NCBI GenBank assembly: GCA_035529595.1
Contig: DATKWK010000017.1
Span: forward strand, 116,970 to 180,969
Length of the DNA stretch: 64,000 bases
Reading direction: 5' to 3'
Source of the DNA: Candidatus Bathyarchaeia archaeon
GTDB lineage: Bacteria > Patescibacteriota > Microgenomatia > PFEM01 > JAFGMK01
The translations under genes were made by a program, and so were the position numbers. Numbering within the stretch: the stretch's first letter is position 1; the number at the start of each line of letters is the position of its first letter. The notes under the pieces were generated by a model, which was not told where the DNA came from, did no database searches, and worked only from the letters and a program-made list of their open reading frames with translations. Below are positions 49,389 through 59,210 of this stretch, piece after piece.

Positions 49389-51050
49389 ATGAAGCAGCAG
49401 AAAAAAATACGCCTCGGTTTTGATCTAGATGGAATAATTGTTGATAAACCTCCGTTAGTTCCAAAAAAAATGATCGAAAGGTTGTTTAAGGGGTCTAAAG
49501 AAAGTCTTTCCTATCGTTTTCCCAAGTCCAAACTAGAACAATTCATCCGTAAGCTTTCCCACTTTTATCTTTTCCGGCCGGCTATTAGAAGAAATATCGT
49601 TTTAATTAGAAATCTTAAGCAACTCAAGAACTACCAGGTTTTCCTTATTTCCTCTCGTTATTCTTTTTTAGCTAAAGAGACAAAATTATGGCTGAAAAAA
49701 AGAAGAATAGCAAATATTTTTAAAGAGATTTATCTCAATACTGAAAACGAGGCGCCGCATCTTTTTAAAGAAAAAATGATCAATAAGTTGAGAATTAACT
49801 ATTTTTTTGAAGATGACCATGACATCGTCAATTATTTAAGAAAGAAGCTGCAAAAAACAGAAGTTCTTTTAGTTGGTCAAAACAGTGAGGGCATGATTGA
49901 AAAGTACATCCGTATCCCAAAGTTAAGAATGCTATTCCTCTTAACCTATTATTACCCTTATTGGACAGGTTTGACTGCTTATGCCCAAAGAACAGCCGAA
50001 GGCTTAGTTGCCAGAGATCATCAAGTTACTGTTTTAACTTCCCGTCATCAGAAAGAATTGCCTTTTTGGGAGACTTTCCGCCACGTAAAGATAATCAGGC
50101 TTAAACCTCTTTTTAGAGTTAGTCGCTCGTTTTTTATTCCTTCGCTTCTTCCGAAGCTGTGGCGTCAATTGAATGAAATTGATGTGCTGATTATCTATTT
50201 ACCTTTTGCCGAAGTTTTACCTGCTGTAATTTTAGCCAAAATTAGAAGAAAAAAAGTATTTTTGATTCATAACGGTGATTTGCTTCTCCCCCGAGGGTTT
50301 TTGAATCGTATTATTGAGAAAACCTATCTTTGGCTGACCAAAATAGCTATCCCCCTGGCTGATAAAACAGTTGTTCAAACTTGGGACTTCGCCTCTCACT
50401 CTCCACTTTTGTCTAAAGTTAAACCAAAACTAATTCAAATTTATCCTCCTGCAGAAATCTTAAAACCCAATCCTCAGGATGTGGCTAATTGGCAAAAAGA
50501 ATTAAATCTTAAAGATAAAAAAGTCATTGGTCTTGTTGGCCGTTTCGTTAAAGAGAAGGGTTTTGACTATTTATTTAAGGCTATACCTTTGATTCTGAAA
50601 ACTTTTCCCCAGGCGGTTATTCTTTTTGCTGGACCGCGGCAAATGGCTTATGAAAATTTTTATCGAGAATGTATTCCTTATATAAAAAAATATCGGGATA
50701 AAGTGATTTTTACAGGCTTGATTCTTGATCGTCAGAAAATGGCTAACTTCTATAAGCTTTTAGATGTTTTTGTTATTTCTTCGCGCCAAGATTGTTTTCC
50801 AGCTACTCAGGTTGAAGCTATGATTTGTCAAGTACCTGTTGTTGCTACCAACATTCCTGGAACAAGAGAGGCCATTAAAAAAACAGGCATGGGTCTTTTA
50901 GTAAAACCGAACTCTCCCAAAGCTCTCGCTAAAGGAATAATTAAGGTTCTTAGAAATCCCACAAAATATATTAAACCGATAAGTAAAAATGAAATTTTTG
51001 ATTCCCAAGAAGCCATAGTTAAATACGAAAGGCTATTTCGGGATGATTAG
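49389..51050 (+). CDS. fusion of an N-terminal HAD-like domain and a C-terminal GT4 (GT-B) glycosyltransferase
   Basis: LGFDLDGIIVD near the N-terminus. The C-terminus has GRFVKEKGFDYL...FAGP and EAMICQVPVVATNIPGTREA (E-x7-E). Confidence 0.5.
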   Translation: MKQQKKIRLGFDLDGIIVDKPPLVPKKMIERLFKGSKESLSYRFPKSKLEQFIRKLSHFYLFRPAIRRNIVLIRNLKQLKNYQVFLISSRYSFLAKETKLWLKKRRIANIFKEIYLNTENEAPHLFKEKMINKLRINYFFEDDHDIVNYLRKKLQKTEVLLVGQNSEGMIEKYIRIPKLRMLFLLTYYYPYWTGLTAYAQRTAEGLVARDHQVTVLTSRHQKELPFWETFRHVKIIRLKPLFRVSRSFFIPSLLPKLWRQLNEIDVLIIYLPFAEVLPAVILAKIRRKKVFLIHNGDLLLPRGFLNRIIEKTYLWLTKIAIPLADKTVVQTWDFASHSPLLSKVKPKLIQIYPPAEILKPNPQDVANWQKELNLKDKKVIGLVGRFVKEKGFDYLFKAIPLILKTFPQAVILFAGPRQMAYENFYRECIPYIKKYRDKVIFTGLILDRQKMANFYKLLDVFVISSRQDCFPATQVEAMICQVPVVATNIPGTREAIKKTGMGLLVKPNSPKALAKGIIKVLRNPTKYIKPISKNEIFDSQEAIVKYERLFRDD

Positions 51051-52743
51051 TAACAAATTCTTTTTTTCCAAAATCAGTCTTTTAGCTATAGCTATAATTT
51101 GTTGCTCTGTTTCTATATTTATTTACGCTTCAGATAATAAGTTGGTTTTTTACCGGTTAACTTTCTTTCTTTGGATAGCTAGCCTTCTTCTGATATTTTT
51201 TTTTGTTGTCTTTTCTTCTCACCGTCAGTCTATTTCCTATAAAAAGTCCCCAAAAGAGGTCCTTTTTCTCTTTATCTTGATTCTTTTTTCTGGCTTTATT
51301 AGGTTTTATCGACTCACTGAAATTCCTCTTCTTAGTGGCGATGAAGTTCGAGATGCTGGTTTTTTACCAGAAGCTTTTTTAAGAGGGGAGATAAAAGATC
51401 TTTTCGGTCACGGAATTTACGGGATTCCCAATCTCTTTTTTGCTCTAGCCTCAATTCCTCATCTTTTATTTGGCCATTCAGTTTTGTCAATTAGATTCTT
51501 TGCGGCTTTCTTTGGTGTTCTAGCAGTAGTTTTGACCTATTTTCTAGGTAAAGAACTTTTTAATTCCCAAGTTGGTAAAATTGCTTCTATCTTAATGGTT
51601 ACCTATCATGTTCATGTTCATTTTAGTCGCAGTGAATTTATCAATAATTTAGATTCCTTTTGGGCTCCCCTAGTGGCAATTTTGCTTTTGAAAACGTTTA
51701 GCAATCCATCTGCTTCTCTAATCTTTGGCCTCTTTTTAGGACTGGGCTTTCATCTTTATCAAGGAATTAGAGCCTTTTTGATTTACTCATTCATCTATTT
51801 TATATTTTGGACTGTTAATAATTGCTACCGGAACACTAGACGGTTTTTGGTTAGATTCGGTTATTTATTATCCGGAATAATTTTAGGTTTAGGACCTTCA
51901 GTTGTGGTTATTCTGAAGAGACCTAAGGAATTCTTTAATACAGGCACTGCTGGAGGGTTACTACCATTTCAGATAGGGATCCAAGATTTTCTGTCGGTTT
52001 TTCCTGAGCGTCTTTTGAATTCTTTTGGTGCGCTAATTCGTTATCCTATTGATTTTCATTATCGTTATGGCGGTCCCTTTTTAGAAGCCCCTCTTAACTT
52101 ATTTTTTTTGGTCGGTTTTCTTGTTTGCTTCCAGAAGCTGTCAAAGAAAGAATATAACTTCATAATTTTTTGGCTTTTCTTTGTAATTCTTATTAATAGT
52201 ACTTTTCTTAGAGGTATGAATTTTACCCATCGGCTTCTCAGTCTGGTTCCAGCCATTATGCTTACAGTTTCTTTGGGAATAATCCGCTTTGCGACTTTCT
52301 TTAATAAGCAACCCAGGCTCTATCGGGTGTTCTTGGTTTTAGTAATGGTAATTTCTCTTTTTTATAACCTGAAAAGATATTTTTACGACTTGGTTTGGAG
52401 AAATGCCTACGATTCCAATACTAAAGTGAGTACCACTGCTGGTTTTTTCACTGCTGAATTACCTGCTCAAACAAAGATATTTTTTTTAAACTCTCCTCGA
52501 ATGAGCTGGGAAAGTTGTCCTAGCTGGAAATATCTTGCGCCTCACGCCTATATAGAGGATTTGACAGAAGAAAATTTTACCTCGGTTTTAGCCTCTTTGT
52601 CACCAGACAGTCGTCTGGTATTTATCGCCCTCCCTGAAAGGATTAATGATCTAGAAAAGATAGAGAAACTTTGGCCGCTGGGGATTAAGAAAAAAAAGTC
52701 GTATGGAGGAGAATTGCTTTTTGTCAGCTACAAGCTTAATTGA
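51043..52743 (+). CDS. GT-C fold membrane glycosyltransferase (ArnT/PMT-like)
   Basis: LSGDEVRD motif in the first loop. Polytopic. Confidence 0.5.
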   Translation: MISNKFFFSKISLLAIAIICCSVSIFIYASDNKLVFYRLTFFLWIASLLLIFFFVVFSSHRQSISYKKSPKEVLFLFILILFSGFIRFYRLTEIPLLSGDEVRDAGFLPEAFLRGEIKDLFGHGIYGIPNLFFALASIPHLLFGHSVLSIRFFAAFFGVLAVVLTYFLGKELFNSQVGKIASILMVTYHVHVHFSRSEFINNLDSFWAPLVAILLLKTFSNPSASLIFGLFLGLGFHLYQGIRAFLIYSFIYFIFWTVNNCYRNTRRFLVRFGYLLSGIILGLGPSVVVILKRPKEFFNTGTAGGLLPFQIGIQDFLSVFPERLLNSFGALIRYPIDFHYRYGGPFLEAPLNLFFLVGFLVCFQKLSKKEYNFIIFWLFFVILINSTFLRGMNFTHRLLSLVPAIMLTVSLGIIRFATFFNKQPRLYRVFLVLVMVISLFYNLKRYFYDLVWRNAYDSNTKVSTTAGFFTAELPAQTKIFFLNSPRMSWESCPSWKYLAPHAYIEDLTEENFTSVLASLSPDSRLVFIALPERINDLEKIEKLWPLGIKKKKSYGGELLFVSYKLN

Positions 52744-53825
52744 TTTGGCGAACCAAAGATTTTTAAAGTTAGTAAACTATTGATAATACTCTGATAAGCT
52801 TCACAGGGTGTCCAGCAATTAGGACAGTATCCGGCCTTAATTAATTTTCGGGTTTTTAAAATTTCTTGTTTTCTTTTTGTAGAGAACCTTTTTAAATCTA
52901 GATTAAAGTCTCGAATGTTACCAAGAATTCTATTCCACATAAAGCAGGGTGTAATATTTCCCTTTGCGTCGATTGCTATCGAGCTTTCTAAAGCAATACA
53001 AGTCAATGGTTGTATCCGTGGTTTCCGGTAAAATTCGGAAATCCGTTCCAGATATATTCTTTCGACAAGATCAATAACTGAGCTTATTTTCAAATTTTTT
53101 TTGATTATGTCGATGACCCTGTTTAGGGTTTTACTGTCGTGATTAAGTCCGGTAAAACTCTTGTTGTCTTCTAGATTTTGATATAAATAACCTTTATGGG
53201 CAATTGTCACTGTTATTTTATGTCCTTCAGTAGTCAGTTTTCTAAAAAAACTTTCCAAATATTTTAAGTTATATTTAGAAATAGTTGTTTCAAGATTCAC
53301 TGCTAAGCGAGGTTCCTTTCCAGAAAGAGCTAGGATATTTTGATAAGTCGACCAGGTTTTCTTGTAAGCTCCAGAAATTCCGCGTATTTTGTCATGGATT
53401 TTTTCGGGGCCGTCGAGAGAAAAATTAATAAAGAGATTAGCTAAAGGTAAGCTTAGGATTTCCTGAACCTTTTTAATTACCGTATCTTGCAGTAAACCAT
53501 TAGTGGGAATGCTGATCAGAGAGAGGGAAGGAAGATTTTGCAATGCAATATTACAGATTTCAACTAAATCTTTCCTTAAAAAAGGTTCGCCACCGGAAAG
53601 GCTTAGCCAAACAAAGGATTTTGGAGCACTGATAAATATCTTCTCGATTTCACGAAGACTGAGATCTTTTTTTTGCAGATTAGAGTTGCTGTTGTATCCA
53701 CGCCAAACATTACAAGTTTTACAGCGGGAATTACAGGCAGAAGTAACGGCGAAATTTAATTTATAGGGATGTTTCTTTAGTTTGGAAACAATGATCGACC
53801 TAATAATTCCTGTTTTTTTTCTCAT
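52728..53825 (-). CDS. radical SAM protein with a Cys-rich C-terminal (SPASM/twitch-like) region
   Basis: CNSRCKTC (CX3CX2C) at the N-terminus. The C-terminus has CFMW...CPNCWTPCEAY. Confidence 0.6.
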   Translation of the reverse strand: MRKKTGIIRSIIVSKLKKHPYKLNFAVTSACNSRCKTCNVWRGYNSNSNLQKKDLSLREIEKIFISAPKSFVWLSLSGGEPFLRKDLVEICNIALQNLPSLSLISIPTNGLLQDTVIKKVQEILSLPLANLFINFSLDGPEKIHDKIRGISGAYKKTWSTYQNILALSGKEPRLAVNLETTISKYNLKYLESFFRKLTTEGHKITVTIAHKGYLYQNLEDNKSFTGLNHDSKTLNRVIDIIKKNLKISSVIDLVERIYLERISEFYRKPRIQPLTCIALESSIAIDAKGNITPCFMWNRILGNIRDFNLDLKRFSTKRKQEILKTRKLIKAGYCPNCWTPCEAYQSIINSLLTLKIFGSPNQLSL

Positions 53826-55534
53826 TGTTTTCTGGCAAAGATTATTACTTTCGGGTGGTCGTAAACCGTAAAAGATTCATCAGCATCCTGGTCCGGAAAA
53901 CAAAAAAGCGGTTTTCCCACAGGTGGAAAGCAGGGATAAGAAACAAATTCAGCTACCCTTATAAAATCTAGTTTTTCCTCAAATAATTCTTGATAGTATT
54001 TACTAGTTTGCGGATATATCTCCGGCAGTTTCGGTATTGAGCCTGATAATCGGTTGGAAGATAGAATAAGATAATCTGTCTTCTCAAGTATTTTATTAAT
54101 CTCTTTCCATTTTTCTTGATTTTCTTGATTGTAGAGAGGTAGTTGCTCTCCTTTATAGATACTGGCAGGGTTTCCCTTAAATGAAATTGGTAACCAATCG
54201 TCCCAATGTTCACCGGCTAAGAATGAGTCCGCGGGAATATTTTTATAGATCCAGTAAGAGGCAGTTATTCTCGAATGAGGGTGTAGATAGATCGACAAGA
54301 AAGAAAGGGGATAAATTAATACCAAGATTCCCAAAATCCATCGCCAAATAATTAGCTTCGAAGTGTTCCTTTGAAAAAAAGCTGCTGTCAGAATAGCTAA
54401 AAAAGGATAAATAGGGTAGAAATAACGCATTCCTTTAGCGAACTGAATTCCCTGATAAAAGAATGTTCCGGTAACGAAGGTTACTGTTAAAAAAAGGTTT
54501 ATGTCGCTTGTTCCAATCAGTTTCATCGATTTTTTTTGAACCAATTTTTTTATCTTTTTTACTATCCTAAGAGATTGTTCAATCAGGGCTAAAATAGCCA
54601 GCACTCCAAGGGGCAATCCTAAACCTCTGAGGATCAGATTTTTGAGGGGGAAAATAATCGGCTTAGTTTTGATCCACTGAATTGCAGGAGGAAAAAGTGA
54701 CTCCGGTCGGTTAAAAGAAGCAAGTTCTTTTAGATTATTAATGAACTGCTGATTCAGCGATAGGTCAAAAAAATTTCTGGAAGAAAATATTCGAGGATCG
54801 CCGATTCTTAAGAATAAATAGGTAAAGATAATAAAGATCAGTATAGAACTGGTAGCTTGAAGTGGTTTTCTTTCTTTAATAAGCATAAATATTAGTCCTA
54901 AGAGGATTGTTGCTATACCAAAGATAGCCGTAACTTTGGAGGCTAGCGCCAGTCCGATTACGACACCCATTAAGGCGGAAATGATAGCGTTGTTTTTGGG
55001 ATGATTGATGAGATGAAATAAAAGATAAAGTCCGAGAGTATTGCCAAAAACCAAAAAAGGTTCAACCGCAAAAAAATGGGCTAGTTGGATCGGTAGAACG
55101 CTTATGGCATAAAAAAATAAGGCCCAGAGGGCAATTTTGTTTCTTTGTCTGTCTTTTTCAAAAAGTTCACGACTGACAAAGAAAACCAGAATGAGAACAG
55201 CTGTTTCAAGCAGGGCGGAAATTGCCCGGCCAACTATAGTGAAGCGGTTGTAATCAGCCAGCTTAAAGGATTCAGCAACCAGTTTGACAAAATTTAAAGG
55301 AAAGGTGCCGTAAACAAAGAAGTTATAATTATTGTTGTAGGGATTTAGAGAAGAGATAGACGGATCTAAATAATCACTAAAGCTTGCCGGAAATTTTATT
55401 TGCACGCCTACCATTGTTAAAAAGCGTTCGTCCGGATGTAAATGCTGGTTCTCGTCCCAATTAAGGTTAAGGGTCCTAATCGATAAACCAAGAAGAAGAA
55501 TAATAATGAAAGTCAGTTTCTCTTTACCGTTCAT
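53822..55534 (-). CDS. GT-C fold membrane glycosyltransferase (ArnT/PMT-like)
   Basis: HPDERFL motif in the first loop. Polytopic. Confidence 0.5.
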   Translation of the reverse strand: MNGKEKLTFIIILLLGLSIRTLNLNWDENQHLHPDERFLTMVGVQIKFPASFSDYLDPSISSLNPYNNNYNFFVYGTFPLNFVKLVAESFKLADYNRFTIVGRAISALLETAVLILVFFVSRELFEKDRQRNKIALWALFFYAISVLPIQLAHFFAVEPFLVFGNTLGLYLLFHLINHPKNNAIISALMGVVIGLALASKVTAIFGIATILLGLIFMLIKERKPLQATSSILIFIIFTYLFLRIGDPRIFSSRNFFDLSLNQQFINNLKELASFNRPESLFPPAIQWIKTKPIIFPLKNLILRGLGLPLGVLAILALIEQSLRIVKKIKKLVQKKSMKLIGTSDINLFLTVTFVTGTFFYQGIQFAKGMRYFYPIYPFLAILTAAFFQRNTSKLIIWRWILGILVLIYPLSFLSIYLHPHSRITASYWIYKNIPADSFLAGEHWDDWLPISFKGNPASIYKGEQLPLYNQENQEKWKEINKILEKTDYLILSSNRLSGSIPKLPEIYPQTSKYYQELFEEKLDFIRVAEFVSYPCFPPVGKPLFCFPDQDADESFTVYDHPKVIIFARKQ

Positions 55535-55554
55535 AATGGTCTCCGAAATTTCAA

Positions 55555-57288
55555 TTATTTTATAAAATTAATATTTAGGCAGAGATTAAGTAAATCCTTA
55601 TATTTCTTTTCTGAGTAGAAGAGGGTTTTTTTATATAGCCGGATAACCGGGTGGTCAAAAACCGACCAGGTTTCTTCGGCTAATTCGTCAGGAATTTCCC
55701 ATTTCCAGTCGTACATATCAATTGATGGGTAGGAGGTAAATTCTTTAATTTTAGCATATCCTAACCGGTCGGAAAAAAGAAGTCGGTAGTAACAAGCTAC
55801 TTTCGGGTATTGGCCAGCCGGATGGTCGGCAAAAATTCGCCTTGAGGGAATTAAAAGATACTGACTGTCGGCTAAAGTGTCAAACAGCTTATCAAAGAGA
55901 ACTTTTTCCTGGTCAAGATTGTAAAAATCAAGATTAACAACGCGGAAATTCCCCTTCAGGGGAATATCAACCACGTTGCCACCCTCACTTAAGATTTTGC
56001 TTTCCGGAGGAAGATTATCTCTCATCCATTCCGAGGCTGTAATTCTAATATCCGGTTGAAGATAAATTGAAAAAAAAGCCAGACCGTAGATAAAGCTGAC
56101 GGTAATTAGCAAGATAATAAATGCATTTCGGAAAATTATAATTTTTTTGGATTGATATCGTGCAGAGTCGCTTTGCTGCCTAAATTTAACTTGAATCCTA
56201 TTCTCAAAAAATTCAATTATTTCCAAGGAGAATATAACAAAAAAGGGTAATAGGGGCGTGACAAATCTGGTCCATTTGGCAAATATCAGGCCGCTGGTAG
56301 TAAAATAACTTGCAAAAGCCCAGATTAAAAGAATCTTTTCCGGTTGTTTTCTGATCCTTTTCCGGATGATGTTTATCAGGGTTAGAAATAACCCAAGAAG
56401 ACCGGTGATTTCCATAAATGGATTGAGACTAAAAGGAAAGATCTGAACAAGTTGAAAGATAACTGGCTGGGTATTAATAAATTGGCGGGTATAAAAAACC
56501 GGGATTTTGCCACGAGCGACGTTAATTTCATACTGAGCGACACGCCAAAACTCGGAAAAATCAAGCACCTGGTATGGTGAAGTGAGAAAAGAAACCAAAA
56601 AAGCCCCCAGCAGAGATATGCTTAATAAGAGAAAAAGCTTTTTCTGCCGCCAAATTTTCTTTAAGGAGAAATTTGCCTCAAGTAAAGCGATAAAAGGGAA
56701 ACTAAAAAAGACTAAAGCATTAAGCTTAGTGGAAAGCCCGATCCCCAAGATGATGGCTAAGAATAAAAATATTTTTTTATTGGGTGTTTTTTTAAGCAGT
56801 TCAAGCGAATGGTAAAGAGTGGTAAAAAAAAGCAGAGTCAGGACTGATTCAGTTGTTCCGAAATGGCTTGCCTGGATTAATCCCGGGATAAAACTGGTCA
56901 GAATGGCAGCTAAAAGCCCGTATTGTTTATTAAAAACCCTTTGACCGATCAGATAAACTACCCAAATAGTTAATGTCGAGGCAAACGCTGCCCATAGACG
57001 AAGGCTGCTGATTGCTTCCGGGAAAGACACCGGACTTAAGGAAAAGTGATTGATCAAATTCGGTAGTTGTTTGGTCAGATAAACCCAATAAATTGGAAAA
57101 TGCCCATAGGCAAAAAAATGAGGATGAAAATCCGGCGGTTTGAGTTGGCTGATGCTGCTGGCAATGTTATTCTCATCCGGGTGAAAAAATAAACCCTCGC
57201 CCCAATCTAGGCGATAGAAGCGAAAAAAAGCACCTAAAAGAAGCGTCACAAATAGAGCTGTCTTGTGAAATCTGTCTTTTTTACTCAT
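55555..57288 (-). CDS. GT-C fold membrane glycosyltransferase (ArnT/PMT-like), paralogue of 53822..55534
   Basis: HPDENNI motif. Polytopic. Confidence 0.5.
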   Translation of the reverse strand: MSKKDRFHKTALFVTLLLGAFFRFYRLDWGEGLFFHPDENNIASSISQLKPPDFHPHFFAYGHFPIYWVYLTKQLPNLINHFSLSPVSFPEAISSLRLWAAFASTLTIWVVYLIGQRVFNKQYGLLAAILTSFIPGLIQASHFGTTESVLTLLFFTTLYHSLELLKKTPNKKIFLFLAIILGIGLSTKLNALVFFSFPFIALLEANFSLKKIWRQKKLFLLLSISLLGAFLVSFLTSPYQVLDFSEFWRVAQYEINVARGKIPVFYTRQFINTQPVIFQLVQIFPFSLNPFMEITGLLGLFLTLINIIRKRIRKQPEKILLIWAFASYFTTSGLIFAKWTRFVTPLLPFFVIFSLEIIEFFENRIQVKFRQQSDSARYQSKKIIIFRNAFIILLITVSFIYGLAFFSIYLQPDIRITASEWMRDNLPPESKILSEGGNVVDIPLKGNFRVVNLDFYNLDQEKVLFDKLFDTLADSQYLLIPSRRIFADHPAGQYPKVACYYRLLFSDRLGYAKIKEFTSYPSIDMYDWKWEIPDELAEETWSVFDHPVIRLYKKTLFYSEKKYKDLLNLCLNINFIK

Positions 57289-57296
57289 TCTTATGC

Positions 57297-58559
57297 TTAA
57301 CTTTCTTTATTTTCCTTTAAAACAAGGCCGGCAATTTTTCTGCCCAACTCGATCGAGTAGTTTAATCCCCGATCCCACGGATAAATTTGTTGGAGATTTG
57401 CCAAATAAACATTCGGAATTGGCGTTACGTGATCGGGGATCATTTCAGCGTAGTTAACTGAAACAACCGGTTGAGCGCATAAACTTTTATGGCAAATAAT
57501 ATCGATAATATCAGTATCAAACTTAAATTCAGGGTTAATTCTCTTTAAGAAAGGCAAAAATTCCTTCAAAATCAGTTTTTTTTCCATTTTAAAATAACGA
57601 TGATTTTGAGGATAATAACCGCCGACATAGAGAAGACGGTGATTACCATAAAATTGAGTGCCAATAAAATTAGTATGTTCATCAACAAAAACAAAAGGGA
57701 ATTCCCGTTCGTTGATATTAAGCCAGTAACTACCATCCCGCAAAAAGCTTTTTTTAAGAATCAGCAGTAAGTTAAGAGCACCGACCAGGTGTAATTTTTT
57801 AAGAGCTCTTCGGTAATTGTTCGGCAAGTCATTGGTGATTTTCAAAAATATATCGGTTGGACAAGTAACGATTACCTTGTCAAAATTGCGGGCAATGTTA
57901 TCAAGGCTGGTGACCTCGGTGTTTAATATAACCCTGCCCCCATTACTTTTGATGTGATTGATTAATTCATTAAGTAAAATATTGAATCCGCCTCTTAAAT
58001 ATCCGAGTTTTATGCTTCTTTTCTTAATTCTTGCCCATAACCAACTCATAGAAATTTTACTGGCATCACAGCCAAATTTACTTTTAAGAAGCGGCTGCCA
58101 GAGTAATTCCGAAACTCTTTTTCCATAATAGCGCTCAGTCCAGGTAAAAGCAGTCTGTTTTTCCAGTTTTTGCCAGGAGGAAGTAGCTTTCAAATGAAAA
58201 GTACTCGATCCAATCCGGGCTTTCTCTGTCCAGGAAAAAATAGGAGCCTTAAGGATGGAAAAGGGGGAGTCGAATTGAAAAAGCCGTTCTCTAAGATAAA
58301 TTGAAGTTTTTGGTCTGACAAAGAAAAGTCTATCGTTTAGTTTAAGCTCACCGATTAGTTTACAAGCCTCATGATCCGAAGTAAAAAGATGGTGCGGAAA
58401 GTATTCAAGCGGCCAATTCCAATTCTTATATTGATAACTGGCAGCCAATCCACCGGCAAATTTTTCCTTTTCAAAAACCGTGACTTTCTGATTCCGTTGC
58501 GACAGATATAGTCCGGCGGTTAGTCCGCAAATGCCAGCACCGATAATGGCAATTTCCAT
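57297..58559 (-). CDS. FAD/NAD(P)-binding oxidoreductase (amine-oxidase / PPOX / UGM-like Rossmann fold)
   Basis: IAIIGAGICGLTAGLYL...VFEKEKFAGGLA dinucleotide-binding motif. Confidence 0.5.
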   Translation of the reverse strand: MEIAIIGAGICGLTAGLYLSQRNQKVTVFEKEKFAGGLAASYQYKNWNWPLEYFPHHLFTSDHEACKLIGELKLNDRLFFVRPKTSIYLRERLFQFDSPFSILKAPIFSWTEKARIGSSTFHLKATSSWQKLEKQTAFTWTERYYGKRVSELLWQPLLKSKFGCDASKISMSWLWARIKKRSIKLGYLRGGFNILLNELINHIKSNGGRVILNTEVTSLDNIARNFDKVIVTCPTDIFLKITNDLPNNYRRALKKLHLVGALNLLLILKKSFLRDGSYWLNINEREFPFVFVDEHTNFIGTQFYGNHRLLYVGGYYPQNHRYFKMEKKLILKEFLPFLKRINPEFKFDTDIIDIICHKSLCAQPVVSVNYAEMIPDHVTPIPNVYLANLQQIYPWDRGLNYSIELGRKIAGLVLKENKES

Positions 58560-58589
58560 AAGATTATTTTAATTCAGAGAAGTAATTTT

Positions 58590-59201
58590 TTAAATAGGGA
58601 GGAGTAATCCGAACAGAAGGATGAAAAGACCGGCGACGATAAAAACGCTGGTTTCAATTGCGCCCCCAGCCTTGGGTAGTTCGCTGATTGACGTCGGTGT
58701 TGGACTCAAGGTAGGTTTTGGAGTTGAAGTCGGCCCCGGAGTTGGAGTCGGTGTTGACGACGGTTGTCCGGTTGGGGTTGGAGTCTGGGTACTGGTGGGT
58801 GTCGGAGTAGGACTCGGGCAAACACAATCTTCCTCTCTTGGGCAGTCCGAGCTAACGCAGCGTTTTGAAGTATCGTTGGCGCTCGGTTTCTGACAGACTA
58901 GAGTATCCGGGCAATCAGAATCACTATCACAGGTATCCCAGCATTCGGGTATTGGCGTCGGAGTTGGAGTCGGTGTTTGAGAAACTGGCGGCGTCGGAGT
59001 TGGAGTCGGTGTTGGTGTCGGGATATCAAATTCTAAAATACATTCAGGAGCTACCGCCCCCGGTTGACTTTCCGGTTGTGTGGGCGCTACCGGCCTTTTT
59101 CCTACTTGGTAAAGTTTCCAGGCAGTAACAACAGCAGCAACTCCCAAAACTAAAGTCAGACAAATAAGTGCCGCTAGATACCAATTTTTCTTTAGATTCA
59201 T
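58590..59201 (-). CDS. secreted Pro/Thr-repeat protein with a Cys-rich module and a C-terminal LPKAG + hydrophobic tail
   Basis: Signal anchor, PTPTPTPTP linkers, a cluster of about 10 Cys, and a terminal ELPKAGG followed by a hydrophobic stretch. Confidence 0.4.
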   Translation of the reverse strand: MNLKKNWYLAALICLTLVLGVAAVVTAWKLYQVGKRPVAPTQPESQPGAVAPECILEFDIPTPTPTPTPTPPVSQTPTPTPTPIPECWDTCDSDSDCPDTLVCQKPSANDTSKRCVSSDCPREEDCVCPSPTPTPTSTQTPTPTGQPSSTPTPTPGPTSTPKPTLSPTPTSISELPKAGGAIETSVFIVAGLFILLFGLLLPI

Positions 59202-59210
59202 ATATTTATC

